DNA of 62,466 nucleotides, counting the filler, from Sluysia triapertura (taxonomy: Eukaryota): assembly GCA_046118255.1 (NCBI GenBank). It is 5 parts of 5 records of this genome, joined end to end, with 100 filler letters (N's around TTAATTAATTAA, not from the genome) between each part and the next. Parts side by side here need not be neighbours in the genome. Positions count along the whole stretch, not along the records: positions 38,777 to 49,654 come from JBJNIA010192163.1; positions 49,755 to 62,466 come from JBJNIA010087798.1; 3 more parts are not named here. One strand, written 5' to 3'. The notes under the pieces were generated by a model, which did not search any database, was not told the origin of the DNA, and saw only the letters and a program-made list of their open reading frames with translations. Shown piece by piece: positions 38,777 to 51,635 of this stretch. Position 1 is the stretch's first letter. The number at the start of each line of letters is the position of its first letter. The position numbers and the translations under genes were made by a program.

Positions 38777-39106
38777 CTTATTTGTTACAGGAGTGCCAAC
38801 AATACGTTGTAAGACGCTTACTGTAACCGAACCCTGCTAAAAAATATTTTGCCGTAGGTTAAGTGTTAGAAAAAACCACAGCAATATCATTAACCGTGAT
38901 TTTAATTCTTGAACATTTTAAAGGTTCCAAACATTTTACAAAGTTACTCGAATATCTTAAAAGTTTGTCAAGGTCTCAAAGTTTCCAAAAGATTAACAAA
39001 GTTTAAATAATCCCAAGGTTCAGAAATTCAAGGGTATCTTCATACTTCAAGACATATTTCCAAGACTTACTTAAACCTTCATAAGAGTCTCAATACACTA
39101 CAAAGG

Positions 39107-39400
39107 TGTGGTGGCCCAGCCCACATCACATAAATTATGTACATAAACCTCATCACAAAAAACACATTACAATAAATTTTATCCACATCATACACAACAT
39201 TACACCGCTCATCATTATAAAATTACAGATGCCCAGTAAAATTATTTTTATCAACATATTTAACCAAAATATTAAACTCAGTGTTCATTGTCATTTTAAT
39301 CATCATTATGACGCACTATCCTTTTTCTTGTGTTTCCTAAATTTTCATTTTTTATCTCATTACGATTTATCGTTGTCAAAGTATAATTTGTATACGAAGA
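39107..39400 (+). repeat. Repeat family D head (TGTGGTGG...)
   Basis: Similar starts followed by A/C-rich tracts at 55657 (-), 57608 (-) and ~46707 (-). Confidence 0.5.
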
Positions 39401-41099
39401 AATTATATTAAAAATTAGTATATTTTAAGTGATGAATATTCAAAGTGGTGATCAAAATGATCAAGCGTTATGTAGACAATATTCAAAGATTTTGACATGT
39501 TTTTGTAATAGGAAAATCGACTAATGATGTATCAACAGCTCTAGTAAACATTACAGTTAAAGTGTTTTAAACAACGATTAATTTCGCATATAAAAGAGAA
39601 ACGGTTTCATTCATTGAAGATGATATTTGTGCACAGCAAGAATTGAGTACAAATACCAAATTTGAAATTGCAATACAAAACGAACAATATAAACTTTCAT
39701 TTGGAAAGCAAAGTTTACATTTATTTAAAAAGGATTTTATCATACTTAAAAGTGTCATTCTACAAAAAAATATATTTATACTAATGTTAATAATGAAATC
39801 ATTGTGTCCGTAAAAGTAATATAAAGAAGAACTAGAATTCTACAGTTTTGTTCTTGTACTGAATCCCCACTATTGTGATATCTAATAATAGTAATAAGAA
39901 TAGTGCAATTTTTCAAGCATATGTATATGATTATGATTTATAAGCCTTTTAGTTATTTATTTGATGTTAAAATAAAGTGTTTCCAAAATGACTTTCATTC
40001 TATCGTTTTTATAGGCTATTCATACCCAATAGCATGTCGTAGACCCTTTGTTTGATCATAATTTATATTATCACATTTACATTTTTTACGTAAGTATAAA
40101 CTCTGATTATATAGATTTTACTTCAGTTTAATTAATTAAGCCGAAATTTATGATTTTACTGATTTATTAGTTATTCTTCATCACACTTATGTTTTCTGTT
40201 TGAAGCAAAGTTTCCATTTGATATTTATTTATATTTAATCATATTTGTTTGGCCTACACACATTATTATTATTCATTTACTAAAATGATTGATGTAAATA
40301 ATGATAATAATAATGACGATGATTATATTGATAAAGATTAAGTGAGAATTATTTGATGTATGAATTTGAAATTTTGCATGATTCTGAAATCTAATTTTAA
40401 AATTTATTATCCTTTTGAATTCTTATTTCGAAAAAATATTTCGAATTAGGGGCTGAAAATATTTAAAATAGTATTAATATTTCCGATGAATTTTTAACAT
40501 ACAAATTAATGTAATCCAATGTTGAATATAGTTTTTAATGACAAATCATGACTCCTGTTTCCAGAAAGAAGATTTAAATCATTTAGTGATGACCTTATTT
40601 AAAAACAATTATTGATCAGAGAAATATTATCACTAATGAAGACCATAAATGAGTCAGTTAAAGAAGCTCATTATGCTAATTCAATATTAAAACCTATACA
40701 TGGTACTCACTATTTAAAATAGTATAAAATTGAAGATTTTCAGAAACTTCATGAAACTTATTTCACTCTTAATTATTATAAATCACTTATTTTACATTAA
40801 GAAATGAAATATTGCTTATTTCAATAACCGAGGCAGAAAGTTATGATTATAATATTATATAGTTAAAGTAATTATTTAAATTCTTGTAATTGCATTTTTT
40901 TTGTAAATAAGTACGAATAGAATAGGTATTGTGCTAGTAACCAATGACATGTCTAAACGATGATTACAACGATGATGATTATGATGATGGTAATGATGAT
41001 GACTATGATGATAGTGATCAATCAAAATTGTTATATTCGATTCAAGTGTGCGTGGCTGTATAAATACTAACCTGGTAAGTCAAATTAAATAATTTTGAA

Positions 41100-41990
41100 A
41101 TAAGTACTAATGATGATGCAGATACAACACCGGATTTGAAACAAAACGAAGAGTACATTGAAAAATCAACAGCAAAAGTTTTGAAAGATTGACATGATTG
41201 AAACAGTAATGTATAATCCTAGGGTCGATGAAATATGGAATTTTACATCGGATGATCCTGGTTCAAGTGAACACCATTTTCTTGTGGATGTAACTTGGAG
41301 TGAAATCAACAAAATTTCAAATTTCAATTGTGGTTCGTTGCTTCTGAAGATTTGTACAGAAATGCTTTTTTGAAAGGCTTTTTGAAGAAAATGATGTGCA
41401 TGTTTTAGATGTAAATGGTAGTGTACTTTTACATGAAATCGAAAATTAGACATCCATACATCGTTGGGTATTACCAAACTCGTATTAAATCTCAATCAGT
41501 TGTTGAGCAATTAGAATCTCCTTTTGGATATTCAATTTATGATTACATTGAAAGCTGTTTAAAGCAAAACTTCACTTGTCAAAATGTAGAAGTATTTGTA
41601 ATAAAAATTATTACTAATACTCTGTCAGCTATATATTATTAAATTGATAATACTATATGTACTCATAATGACATTAATGTTAAAAACATTTTGGTACGAA
41701 CATATGTAATTGGATTTAATTATGAATCCATGTCTAAGATTAGAAATAACAATTGTGTTACTTTTATTTTGTATAATTTTGAAAATACATTGACTTATTT
41801 TGAAGACATAGATAGTGTCGCATTAAATAAGAAAACTTATTTTATTGTTTAATTCGACCTAATCTCTACAATGATCGCTGTGAATTAGTTAAATTGAGAT
41901 ATACTGTAGTATCTCAAGCTATTCCTTTAAATGAGTTAGATGAATGCTGTTTTAAAGAAATACACATTCCTATAAGAAGATTAACTGTTT
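41100..41990 (+). pseudogene. Divergent protein kinase-like pseudogene
   Basis: 'KIRHPYIVGYY' (subdomain IV), 'LSAIYY*IDNTICTHNDINVKNILV' (HxD...N catalytic loop) and 'ILYNFE' at the DFG position. In-frame stops. Confidence 0.7.
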
Positions 41991-42789
41991 TGATAATTTT
42001 AAGATTTATTTGTTTTTATTTTATTTTATATGTTAAAATTTTTCGTTTAAAACAAGTATTAAATTTTAAATTTTATAAAAGCTTTTATATTAATTTTGAT
42101 TTAAAATATAATTACAAGTTAAAAATATAAACACGTTGAATTTTAAATTTTATAAAATTGGTTGTTGTTCTAAAATACGTATTAAAGAGCGTTAGAGCGG
42201 CATGTAATTTGCATCCAGATGACGAGCATGCGGTTACATATATTCATGAAGAAGCTGCATTAACAATTTTAAATATCAGTCAGTGGCGAAACCATCACGT
42301 GTCGGCAAAGTCTACCAATAACCTAAGATGTAAGAATTCTGTTTTACATGACTTATTCTATTCAAATGCCAAGAGTGATTGAAAATTTTATGTCGTGGTC
42401 AATAAATAGAATAACTTTGTATTTTTATATTGTAAAAATGAAATTTTGTAATCATAATTATTATTTATAAGAATTTTTATGATAAAGTAAATGATAAAAT
42501 TAATAGTAATACGATTAATAATAACAATTCGATAATTTCTAAACATAAACATTATAATTATAATTCTAATATAAATAAAGACAAATCCGCAATATATTGT
42601 TCACAACCAAATGCAGCTCGTATTCCATGATTTCGTTTGTAAAACTTATGTAGAACTTATGGGATACGCATGAAAATAAGGTAATTATATAATAAAAATA
42701 CAGTAAAGTGAAGTTTTGCAAATCAATCTCTCAAGTCCACCATTTTGTTACACTTCACAAATAAGTCATTTGAGATGTTTTTGGGGAAG

Positions 42790-43330
42790 TTATAAACCAA
42801 ATTTAGAACTTGCATAAATTTAGATGCAGTCAAAGATGTTTGTGCTTTCACTGCTCTGCTGGCTTCAGCAAACTTTCACTTCCTTCTCTGTTTGATTTCT
42901 GCCATGAAACCCCGACGACCAAGCGATCTTCCTCATTCTTTAACAGATCCATGGCATTATTATGTGCAATGTCAAACTATTTGTTAAGGCTTTTTTTGAT
43001 TTTTTGCTGATCTGCTAAATTTTTATCTGACTTCCGGTTAATGAGTTTCTTGAGCCCTTGCCATTGAGTGTGCATTTTGCATTTTTCTTATTTGCTTCAC
43101 TACGTGATTGGGTGCCCTTGTTGAAATTCTGGCTATTTCCCAGATTGGTAACAGAAAACCGCGTTGTCTGGGCAACGCTACCTTCAGGCTCATTTTGCCA
43201 GGATTATGATAGTGGAACAGGACTCTAAAGACCTCTCCACGAAACGGGAGTGTGGCAGTACTAAAACTCGCTTGCGTCCCACCGATAAGCCAAACAGCAC
43301 TTGCAGCTTGTGTATTGACAGTGGCCTATA
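42790..43330 (-). mobile_element. DNA-transposon transposase N-terminal relic (hATm-like)
   Basis: 'LPFRGEVFRVLF...PIWEIARISTR...QWQGLKK..RKS...FDIAHNNAMDLLKNEEDR' matches, from memory, the N-terminus of hATm-type transposases. GC content is visibly higher than in the flanks. Confidence 0.55.
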
Positions 43331-43809
43331 GTTGATTAATACAAAATTCCAATGACTCCATTGTCTATCTGAAATTTAAATTAATGTCAAGGTCTACTCT
43401 GTAGTAAATGCAATATCATTACCAAAAGCATTACACACAACGCAGTAGGCGTAATGCACACCTGAGAAAATTATAAAATGGCTGACACTGACAGCAAAGA
43501 ATATTAATTTTTAGAATGTTGACATCTTTTTGTCCAAATAAACAAATACACAAGCATTATGACACTGCTTGAGGACATGGACTCTGAGCAAAGTTACTGT
43601 GTTATTAACTGTGATGGCCGGAATATTATGAACATTAACATAAATTCAAAATAATGATTAAAATTCAAGATGGACTTAAGGTCCTTACAAATATTTAATT
43701 GTAAAATAGTACATTATGAAAATTCTTAATTAACATATTTTTACAAAATTCTATTGAATTCTTATTGTTAGACATTATCAAAAATCCATTACAAAACTGT
43801 ATTAAAAAA

Positions 43810-44800
43810 TTAACCACACTTTACATATATTGAACTTAAAAACATATAATCATATTGTAAATATAAAATATAACCGAGGATAGTACACTTTGAAAAATAT
43901 TGTTCCACATCTTTCAGGATGGATAGAACTTCATGCAACGGCTTAATCATTATAAAGTAATACGTGATCAATTTTTTCTTTCCATCGACACGAATTACAT
44001 TATCCTTTGAATTTGCTTCTGAAACTTTATTATCAAAACCTATGACATTAATTTTTGCTTTCGAAATCTCTTTAACACTATCTACATTATTCATAAATTC
44101 ATTTTTCAGTAAAGTAAAATTGATATGATTCATAATTCTATTTATATATTTATTCATACGTTCCATATCATTCCAAACACTATTTCAATCACCACCGTGG
44201 TTTAATTTTAACAGAAACCTGAAATCTAATTTATCCCTTTTAAAGATACCTTCAAATCCAGTTCCATCTTTAGTTATACAATGATGTACTGTTTCAGCAT
44301 CTACCTCATTTGGAAATATCACTTTTTTTGATACACTGAAATTTTCTTCATCGCCTTCGCCTTTTGCCTGAAACATAAATTCATTACATTCATCACTTTT
44401 TTGCGTTGTTCAACTTTCATTTCTTCAACCTTAAAATCTTGAAGTGATCAAATATCGCCATTTCAAGACTTATTTGTAAAGGTTCGTGTGGCTAGTAAAG
44501 ATGAATGATTATTCACACAATTGGTAATAATTCGAAAGAAAAGAAAATATAAATAATATACGTAATTCACGAGAAGAGAATGTAGTGTAAAAAAGGTTAT
44601 GGAAATGGTCTTACCAGTGATGCTAAAACGGATGAGGGAGGCGATATGCACGAAACTGATTATGATACAAATACGATCGACTATAATAATTTATGTTAAT
44701 GATTTTATTTTGGATTTCATGGCTTGTGTGATATGAGAAGAGGTTGTGAAATTTAATGAATATTAGTGGATGGATTTTATGTAAATTTGTGATTGTACGT
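43810..44800 (-). pseudogene. Small heat-shock protein with two alpha-crystallin-like domains (p40-like), disrupted
   Basis: 'LQDFKVEEMKVEQRKKVMNV..AKGEGDEENFSVSKKVIFPNEVDAETVHHCITKDG' forms ACD1; 'KINVIGFDNKVSEANSKDNVIRVDGKK' is the start of ACD2. Several stops and frameshifts. Confidence 0.65.
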
Positions 44801-44856
44801 AGTAATAAAAGTACGGTGCTTGACTGAGACACCATACTAACAAGCAAAATCGTATA

Positions 44857-45180
44857 ATGACATCTATACATTTTCTTGTTGCACTGTTTCTGTTAGTTTT
44901 GCAAGCCTTAAATATCAAAATAACTGAAAAAAATATTTCAATAATAGTGTTTGTACACAATTTGGCACAAACTGAGCCTGGAGAAAGCAAACAGAAAACA
45001 TCTAGAGTGGAAGGGAGCACAAAAATATGTGTACAAAATGGTGCGGTGCCACTAAAGTTTGGATTAACTTAACTATACTAAATATGGAAAAAGTATCTAC
45101 TTAGTGTTAAACGAATTTTCAAATTAACCGTACTATACAATAAAGATAAACAAAAATGTGCCTCTGAGTGGAAAATATCG
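44857..45180 (+). pseudogene. Small secreted-protein-like relic
   Basis: Signal-peptide-like 'MTSIHFLVALFLLVLQA'; the frame continues past stops ('IWKKYLLSVKRIFKLTVLYNKDKQKC'). Confidence 0.35.
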
Positions 45181-46243
45181 ATAATAAAAATATTTTAATA
45201 TTAAACACAAAATCTTATACGTTATTCTTACAATTCCCAAAATTATCTTAATGCAACGATTTATAAAAAAAACCATATTATTAACAAGAAATAAAATCAA
45301 CATTTATATAGCATTTTTGTATGATTTACTTTGTAATTAAGTGGATTAAAGTAAGTTAGTTACTCTAAAATAATTATAATATATTTAAATTAATAAAATA
45401 TATATTTTTAAATGTTAATTTGGAAGTTACTTTTAAATTTACCAAAATAAAATAATATATTGATTTGTTTTTTGAATTTTAGAAAAATTATAGATTCTAA
45501 ATTATTAAAAGTATCTTTAAAAATTCTTTAATACATAAAATATGCAATTTAAAGATTTTTGGAAAATATTTTAATTGAAATAATATTAAATTAAATTTCC
45601 TCATACTTATTTGTATTACAATTCTACGCATGCAGTACACAGGTGTATTTTTAATTAATTAAAATAATTGAAAAATACTTTATAATAAAATTTTAAGTAC
45701 TACTTTCAAAATTAAAAAACAATTTTAAAATATTTTAAAAAGGACTTACGTACCTAACATCATGAATTAATGACACTAAAAAAATAAAATAATCTTTAAA
45801 TGCCATCTTTAACGCAGTTTCAGCATTAGCATTTTGTGGTAACTATTACATTTAAAATAGCAGTTTAAAATTAAAATACTTCTTTGTAAATATAAATAAT
45901 TTGTCGTATGGTTCTATTTAAAATAATCAATTTACAAATTCTATAAACTATTGAGTTCATGTATTCCTGTATTTCCAGTAAAATTTTATTTTCATCTAAA
46001 GATAATCTAAAGTAGAATAAAATGAATTAACATGAATCAAACCTTTTTGTAACAATTAATTTTAATATAATTTCGATAATTACAAAATCTTCTGATAAAA
46101 AACTACCACTGTTAGAATTTTCAGTCCATCTTTTTCTAAAAATAATTTTAGCTAATAAAAAAGATTTAGCATAAAAATTTCATTTACTCTAATAAAATTT
46201 GATGAAAATTAGTAATTCAACTCTAAGATAAAATTGTTAGACA

Positions 46244-46280
46244 GGTCGCATGACTCAGTGATAAAGCATCTGATTTCGGT
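46244..46280 (+). pseudogene. 5' half of a tRNA-Arg(TCG)-like gene, truncated in the anticodon loop
   Basis: GGTCGCATGACTCAGTGATAAAGCATCTGATTTCGG resembles metazoan tRNA-Arg-TCG (GGCCGCGTGGCCTAATGGATAAGGCGTCTGACTTCGG). Shares the 5' flank aaattgttagac with the fragment at 62110. Confidence 0.5.
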
Positions 46281-46490
46281 TTTCCATCTTCATTAAAAGG
46301 ACGAAAATCATACTTAATTAAGCATAATTTACAACATATATGTCCACATTCTGTCCTGCTTTATTTATAACATTGTTGCATATATTGCATTTAGGTAAAT
46401 CAGAGTTTTCAAAAAGATAGCAATAAGTTAAAGTGTTAATTTGAGTTAGCTCCTTAATCAATCTGTGTTCTGATGGTAGGCAACAAAACT
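46281..46490 (-). pseudogene. C3HC4 RING-finger relic
   Basis: 'LPKCNICNNVIK*SRTECGHICCKLCLIKY' has CxxC...CGHxxCxxC; it carries an in-frame stop and lacks the final CxxC. Confidence 0.65.
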
Positions 46491-49400
46491 ATGATATAGA
46501 AAGAAGAATATCGAAGTTTACGGAGAAGTGAAATTAGATTTTATAGAAATTTCATTGTCATCATAAAATCGTCTTCGTGTTTAATTTTAAGTTTAAGTTC
46601 TATCTGTGTTGAATTATTAATGTATTTCGTTTGATGTTTTGTTGATTTTTTGATGTTCTGTTTATTTGTTTATATTTGGAATTTTAAATAAAAAGGTTGA
46701 ACCACCAAAATATAATTTTTATGAATACAATTTTAATTTTTTTATGCAGGAGAATAAAATCCTACATATAGCTCGTGATAATTCAACAAAGAGAGACTAA
46801 AATTTATCAATTTATCGTTAAGAATAAATGTTATTAATTTGTCGACCCTTATTGATTTTGTAACGTCACTGTATAAATCACCAATTCGCCACGATGGTTA
46901 AATATTAAAATATGTAACAAATATTATTAATTTATCAAATGTAGTATATGAAAACTGAAATTTATCTCGATTGTTACACAATGTAAGATATTACTGTTCT
47001 TTAATGCAATAATAAGCACTTACGTACTGTAAAATCATCAAAAAATTATATACAAATACAGATTTAATTCATTACATTCCTAAAATTATACTACATACTA
47101 AAATTGTATTCTAAAAATTCGTTACAAAGTTATACTTTTTATAAATCTTAAATTTCATTTGTTATTTATTATGCTCTTTCATGGATTAGAAAATTAAATT
47201 AAGTTTATTAGATAATTAAATTACCATTTATATTATATTTAGACTTAATATTTATTTCGATTTAGAAAATTAAGTACTTATTGAAATTAGAATTAATTTT
47301 ACAACCAGTAGCGTTTATTAAACACATACATAAAAAAACACATACTCAATGGCTCACCATTAATTTATTCACATAAGAATTTTAATATTTATTAACAAAA
47401 CATTTTAAGATTTATAAATAATTCAAACCTTCATTATTTATTATAACATTTTTGTGGCTCACCATATTATTTCATTCAAACATTTCGTTAACATTCGTCG
47501 AACATTTTTAATTCATACATTCGGTAATTCATTACATTTTACTTTCATACATTAAGTTTAATTTTTAGCATATGTTTAACATATCGTTTAATTTCAAACG
47601 ATAACATTTTAATTTCAGCAATAACATTATCAATATAATTTCTTCAGCAGTAAAGTATACATTGACCTTTAAGGTCATGTATTTTATTTTATGGTTCTAT
47701 GAAATACTATGAAATACTATGATACTATGAAACAAATTTTAAATATTAGTAAGCCGTTAAGACAAGAAAAAGAATTTGTATTTTCTGCATTATAATTTAT
47801 CGTCGGCAGTTAAATATATGCATAATGATATATAGAGAAAAATATCCAGTGCTTGAGTAAATAATTATCATGTAGAAAGAAATATGAAGAAACATGGTTT
47901 TTAAGTTGTCTAATATTTTACATGAAACGAAAAGTTTCAAAATAGTGGTGTAATGCAAATATTATTATATTTAGATGTGTAATACATAATATTATATTTA
48001 GTAAATTTAATTTATCGCTTTAAAATATTAAGTAGTAATGATAATAATATTAATAATGTGTAGTTGGAATTATAATTATAGTTACTATATGATATCGAAT
48101 ATTATTAATTGGAATTAGCATTGACATTGTTATTAATTAAATTATTACTGAATATTATTACTGAATTTGGAATTAACATTGACATTGTTATTTTGTATAT
48201 TACTGAATTTATTATGATATTGAATTTCTGACATTATTATTGGAATTATAGAATTGTAACTATAAAAGGCCCTCAAATATAAAATACAATTACAAGAATT
48301 ACAAAAAAAGTAGAAACTGAAAATTATATTGAGAAATTTTGATTGATTAACAAGGTAACTGTAATTATATCTGTTTAATTAATTTATGAATAAATTTTTT
48401 TCTAAAATTTTATTTCAAAAGAAAATTAAAGTGTTAAATTAAAATTAAGTATCAACAAAATTTATATTAACCCAATCTATAATTAAAGACATTAACCAAT
48501 TTAGTAACTTTAATACAATGTCCCATTTTTAAATAACCATTCGAATTCAATAATGATTACATATTTTTGATCTTTAGTTAATAAAAAGGGTTGATAGTAG
48601 AGTCTACATAATTATATAAGCAATCACAAAAGGATTTAATAAGTTTAGAATCTATTACCGCCTAAAGAGTTAAAAAGGTTTTTAAGCATTTCTATCCTGA
48701 ACAACGAGGACGAGTATAACGATTCATACCTCCAGTTAAGCGTAATATAAAGTGATAATATTAATTGAGAAGTTCGGAATAATTATAAATTCTACAAAGA
48801 GATTTGAATTAATATTAAAGAACAAAAGTTTTAAAGTATAAACAGTATTCAGGCATATTTAAATTTGATAAAGGTTTGATAAAATAAAATTAAAGAGATA
48901 ACGCATAAAATTCTAAAGACTTAGAAGAAGCCAAGATAAATTTTACATTACATTAACATACAAACCCACTTTATTAGAGTGGTATTAAAAATAATGTTGT
49001 TTCTATGCAAAAAGTTCGAATCTGTGAACAGCATAATTTGTAAAATTGATATATTTTCTAGTTCTGAATCACAAGCTGATATGAATATAATATATTTTAT
49101 TGGTGATACACAATTCAAAACAAGCAAATATAAACATGACTGTTTAAAATGTACAATAACTAAACTTTAATAGTTTTGCTAATGCCGACATTCATCCAAA
49201 CGCATTTTTCATTTCTCCAAGTTTAAAGCGATATAAACATATTTCGTTTTTTGCTAATCTTTTTGAAATGAAATAAAATGGAAATGCATTGAATCAGCTA
49301 GAAAATTTGCTTAGTTAAATAAATTTTAAAATGAAATTTAGCAAAGGATATTGGGTTTATATATCTAACGACATGTACTAGGTAGACGGTGTCACAATGG

Positions 49401-49654
49401 CGAAGCATAACAGTTCTTGAATAACTCGAATAAGAAAAAAATGTCGAGGAAAACCATAGTCAACGTTCTACTCAATAAATATCCAATAGAATTCAAAGAC
49501 AACTTAAACTACTGTCAGAATTATTAATTCAATGTATAAAATTGTATATTTGAATTGTTATTTATTTTATTACAAACTATTTTATTATCATTATTATATT
49601 ATTATTAAAAAAGTATTAATTTACAAAATAATTAATTTAAGTAAATAAAAAATT

Positions 49655-49754
49655 NNNNNNNNNNNNNNNNNNNNNNNNNNNNNNNNNNNNNNNNNNNNTT
49701 AATTAATTAANNNNNNNNNNNNNNNNNNNNNNNNNNNNNNNNNNNNNNNNNNNN
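49655..49754. other. Artificial contig spacer
   Basis: N-TTAATTAATTAA-N. Confidence 0.95.
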
Positions 49755-50055
49755 CATTATATTTATCTTATTATATAATATTATTTGTATTAGTTTGTCA
49801 TTTTTTACTAATAAACATATTATTTTAATTCGTTTTTAATTCAATCTAAAATCCAATCTAAAATTCAATCTAATTCAACGAAGAATATGTTCGTTGTAAG
49901 AACCTGATTAAAATCATAATAGTAATTTTAAAAGGTTCGAAGTAAGAACCACATTAAAATCTCGACAAATTAAAATATAAGTTTGAAGTAAAATCCTCTT
50001 TAAAGAATTAGTATTATTATAATCAAACTATTTTTTACAAACTCTTATCTAGGAT

Positions 50056-50161
50056 AAATCCAACGATTGGCCGTTAATTCAGTAGGTCCAATACGTTGGT
50101 GGATTCACCAGTTTTAATTTTTTATTTTGTACATTTTTCGTGACATCTACTTTTCTTACAG
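50056..50161 (+). repeat. Family B LTR-like 3' end with hairpin (copy 4)
   Basis: CCAACGATTGGCCGTTAATTCAGTAGGTCCAATACGTTGGTGGATTCAC...CTTACA, followed by a PBS. Confidence 0.75.
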
Positions 50162-50168
50162 AATAAAC

Positions 50169-50186
50169 TGGTGCCCAGAGTGAGGA
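50169..50186 (+). promoter_or_regulatory. Primer binding site, elongator tRNA-Met type
   Basis: TGGTGCCCAGAGTGAGGA is complementary to TCCTCACTCTGGGCACCA, similar to metazoan tRNA-Met(e) 3' ends (TCCTCACACGGGGCA-CCA). It lies 8 nt after ...TACA. Confidence 0.65.
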
Positions 50187-51545
50187 CCAGTAAAGATTTT
50201 GACTAGTAATTTATAATATAAAGTAAATTTTGAAGAATTTAAGGATTTTAGAAAGGAATTAAGAGGATTCTGACACATAATTGATTAAGAAGAAGCTTAA
50301 GATTAAATTTTGTACTAATCCCATTTTTCTTGAAGAATTTAGTAAGGTTTTAAGATTTTTAATAGGATATTAAGAAGAATTAACTATTTTCGAAGCATAA
50401 GTAACCAAGAATTATTAAGAATAAGATTTACTCTTTACGTTAATAATTAAAAATAGATTAAAATAAATTATTAACTAATTTTTTAAATTATAATCATTGA
50501 TTTTTCTAATATGCTTTCTAATATTAATAATTTGATTTTCAACAAATTTACAACAATAATTTGATGTATTGATGTTAATTTTATAATTTGATGTACTGAT
50601 GTTGGTGTACAACAATATTACTATTTTGATGTACTGATATTTTGATGTACTGATGTTGGTCTGTACAACAGTATCTTAAGCATTTGATACTAATTATAGA
50701 GAGGGCCACATATGAACTGATTGGATCAATTGGGCAGAAACCACCCGAAGTACAGTCACTTATTGAAATTACAGACTTATTAATAAATTTGGTAAATGTA
50801 TAAAATGCTGCTCTCACTTAAATTATAACGAGAGGCCCTTTTAAAATGTACAATATAGTTAAATGGATGCATAAATTTATATTTATTATTTTAAGATAAT
50901 ATAAATTTATCTTATATTATGTGTTATATAATTTCCACGAAGATAGTTGTTGCTCTAAATGATTTTGAAATGCTCTTTACCTTTGCAGGGTCTGTTGAAA
51001 ACATTACTTTGTTGATTTTACATATATTGTGTGATGTATTAGTTGACTCCAAAATCGTACTTATGACATAAAGGGTTGTAGTCCTAATAATTGGTTCCAT
51101 AATGATTAGCTCCACTAAACAAACTGCATCAACCATAGTTAAGTGTATTTAGATGAATCCTGAGGTCTGATAGTCTTAACAGAAAAATATTTTCGCCAAA
51201 TCAGTTAATAAATACAATCCTACCTACAAGTGTTTCTTCTAAATCAATAATCATTTTATGAATTGTACTTAAATTTTTTTTATTATTTTACATAAATAGA
51301 TAAAAATGTTTTGCACCTGGGATTGGGGGCTTATGTTGTTTATTCGTGCGCGTAGTTCGTAATGTAATATGGATTAATAATGGGTAATTAATTGGCTCGG
51401 TTTTTATCATGGATTAAATCGTTCTGATTGGTTTATTTAGTTTATTAATTTGTATTTGGTGTTTGTCAAGTCGTCACCTCATATTTTATGATTTGCATTT
51501 TTAATTCATATAGTTATATAACATTTGATAATTTAATTTATTTTC

Positions 51546-51635
51546 TAGGTGAGATAAATATAGTAGAATAAAGATTAAAAGCGTGAGTTCATCAACGTAC
51601 TTGGACTTACCTGTTAGGGCCAACCGTTGGATTTT
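51546..51635 (-). repeat. Family B hairpin (copy 5)
   Basis: The minus strand reads CCAACGGTTGGCCCTAACAGGTAAGTCCAAGTACGTTGATGAACTCAC...TCTCACCTAG. Confidence 0.75.

Noticed and set aside
39567-39758. CxxC..CxxC ORF on the minus strand
   Set aside because: The plus strand is open over the same span and looks equally protein-like; neither can be assigned.
16048-49754. Regularly spaced palindromic TTAATTAATTAA within N-runs
   Set aside because: Assembly linker with stops in all six frames, not a biological repeat array.
11509-51635. CRISPR-like repeats
   Set aside because: The copies are dispersed and not arrayed with spacers, the context is eukaryotic, and there are no cas genes.
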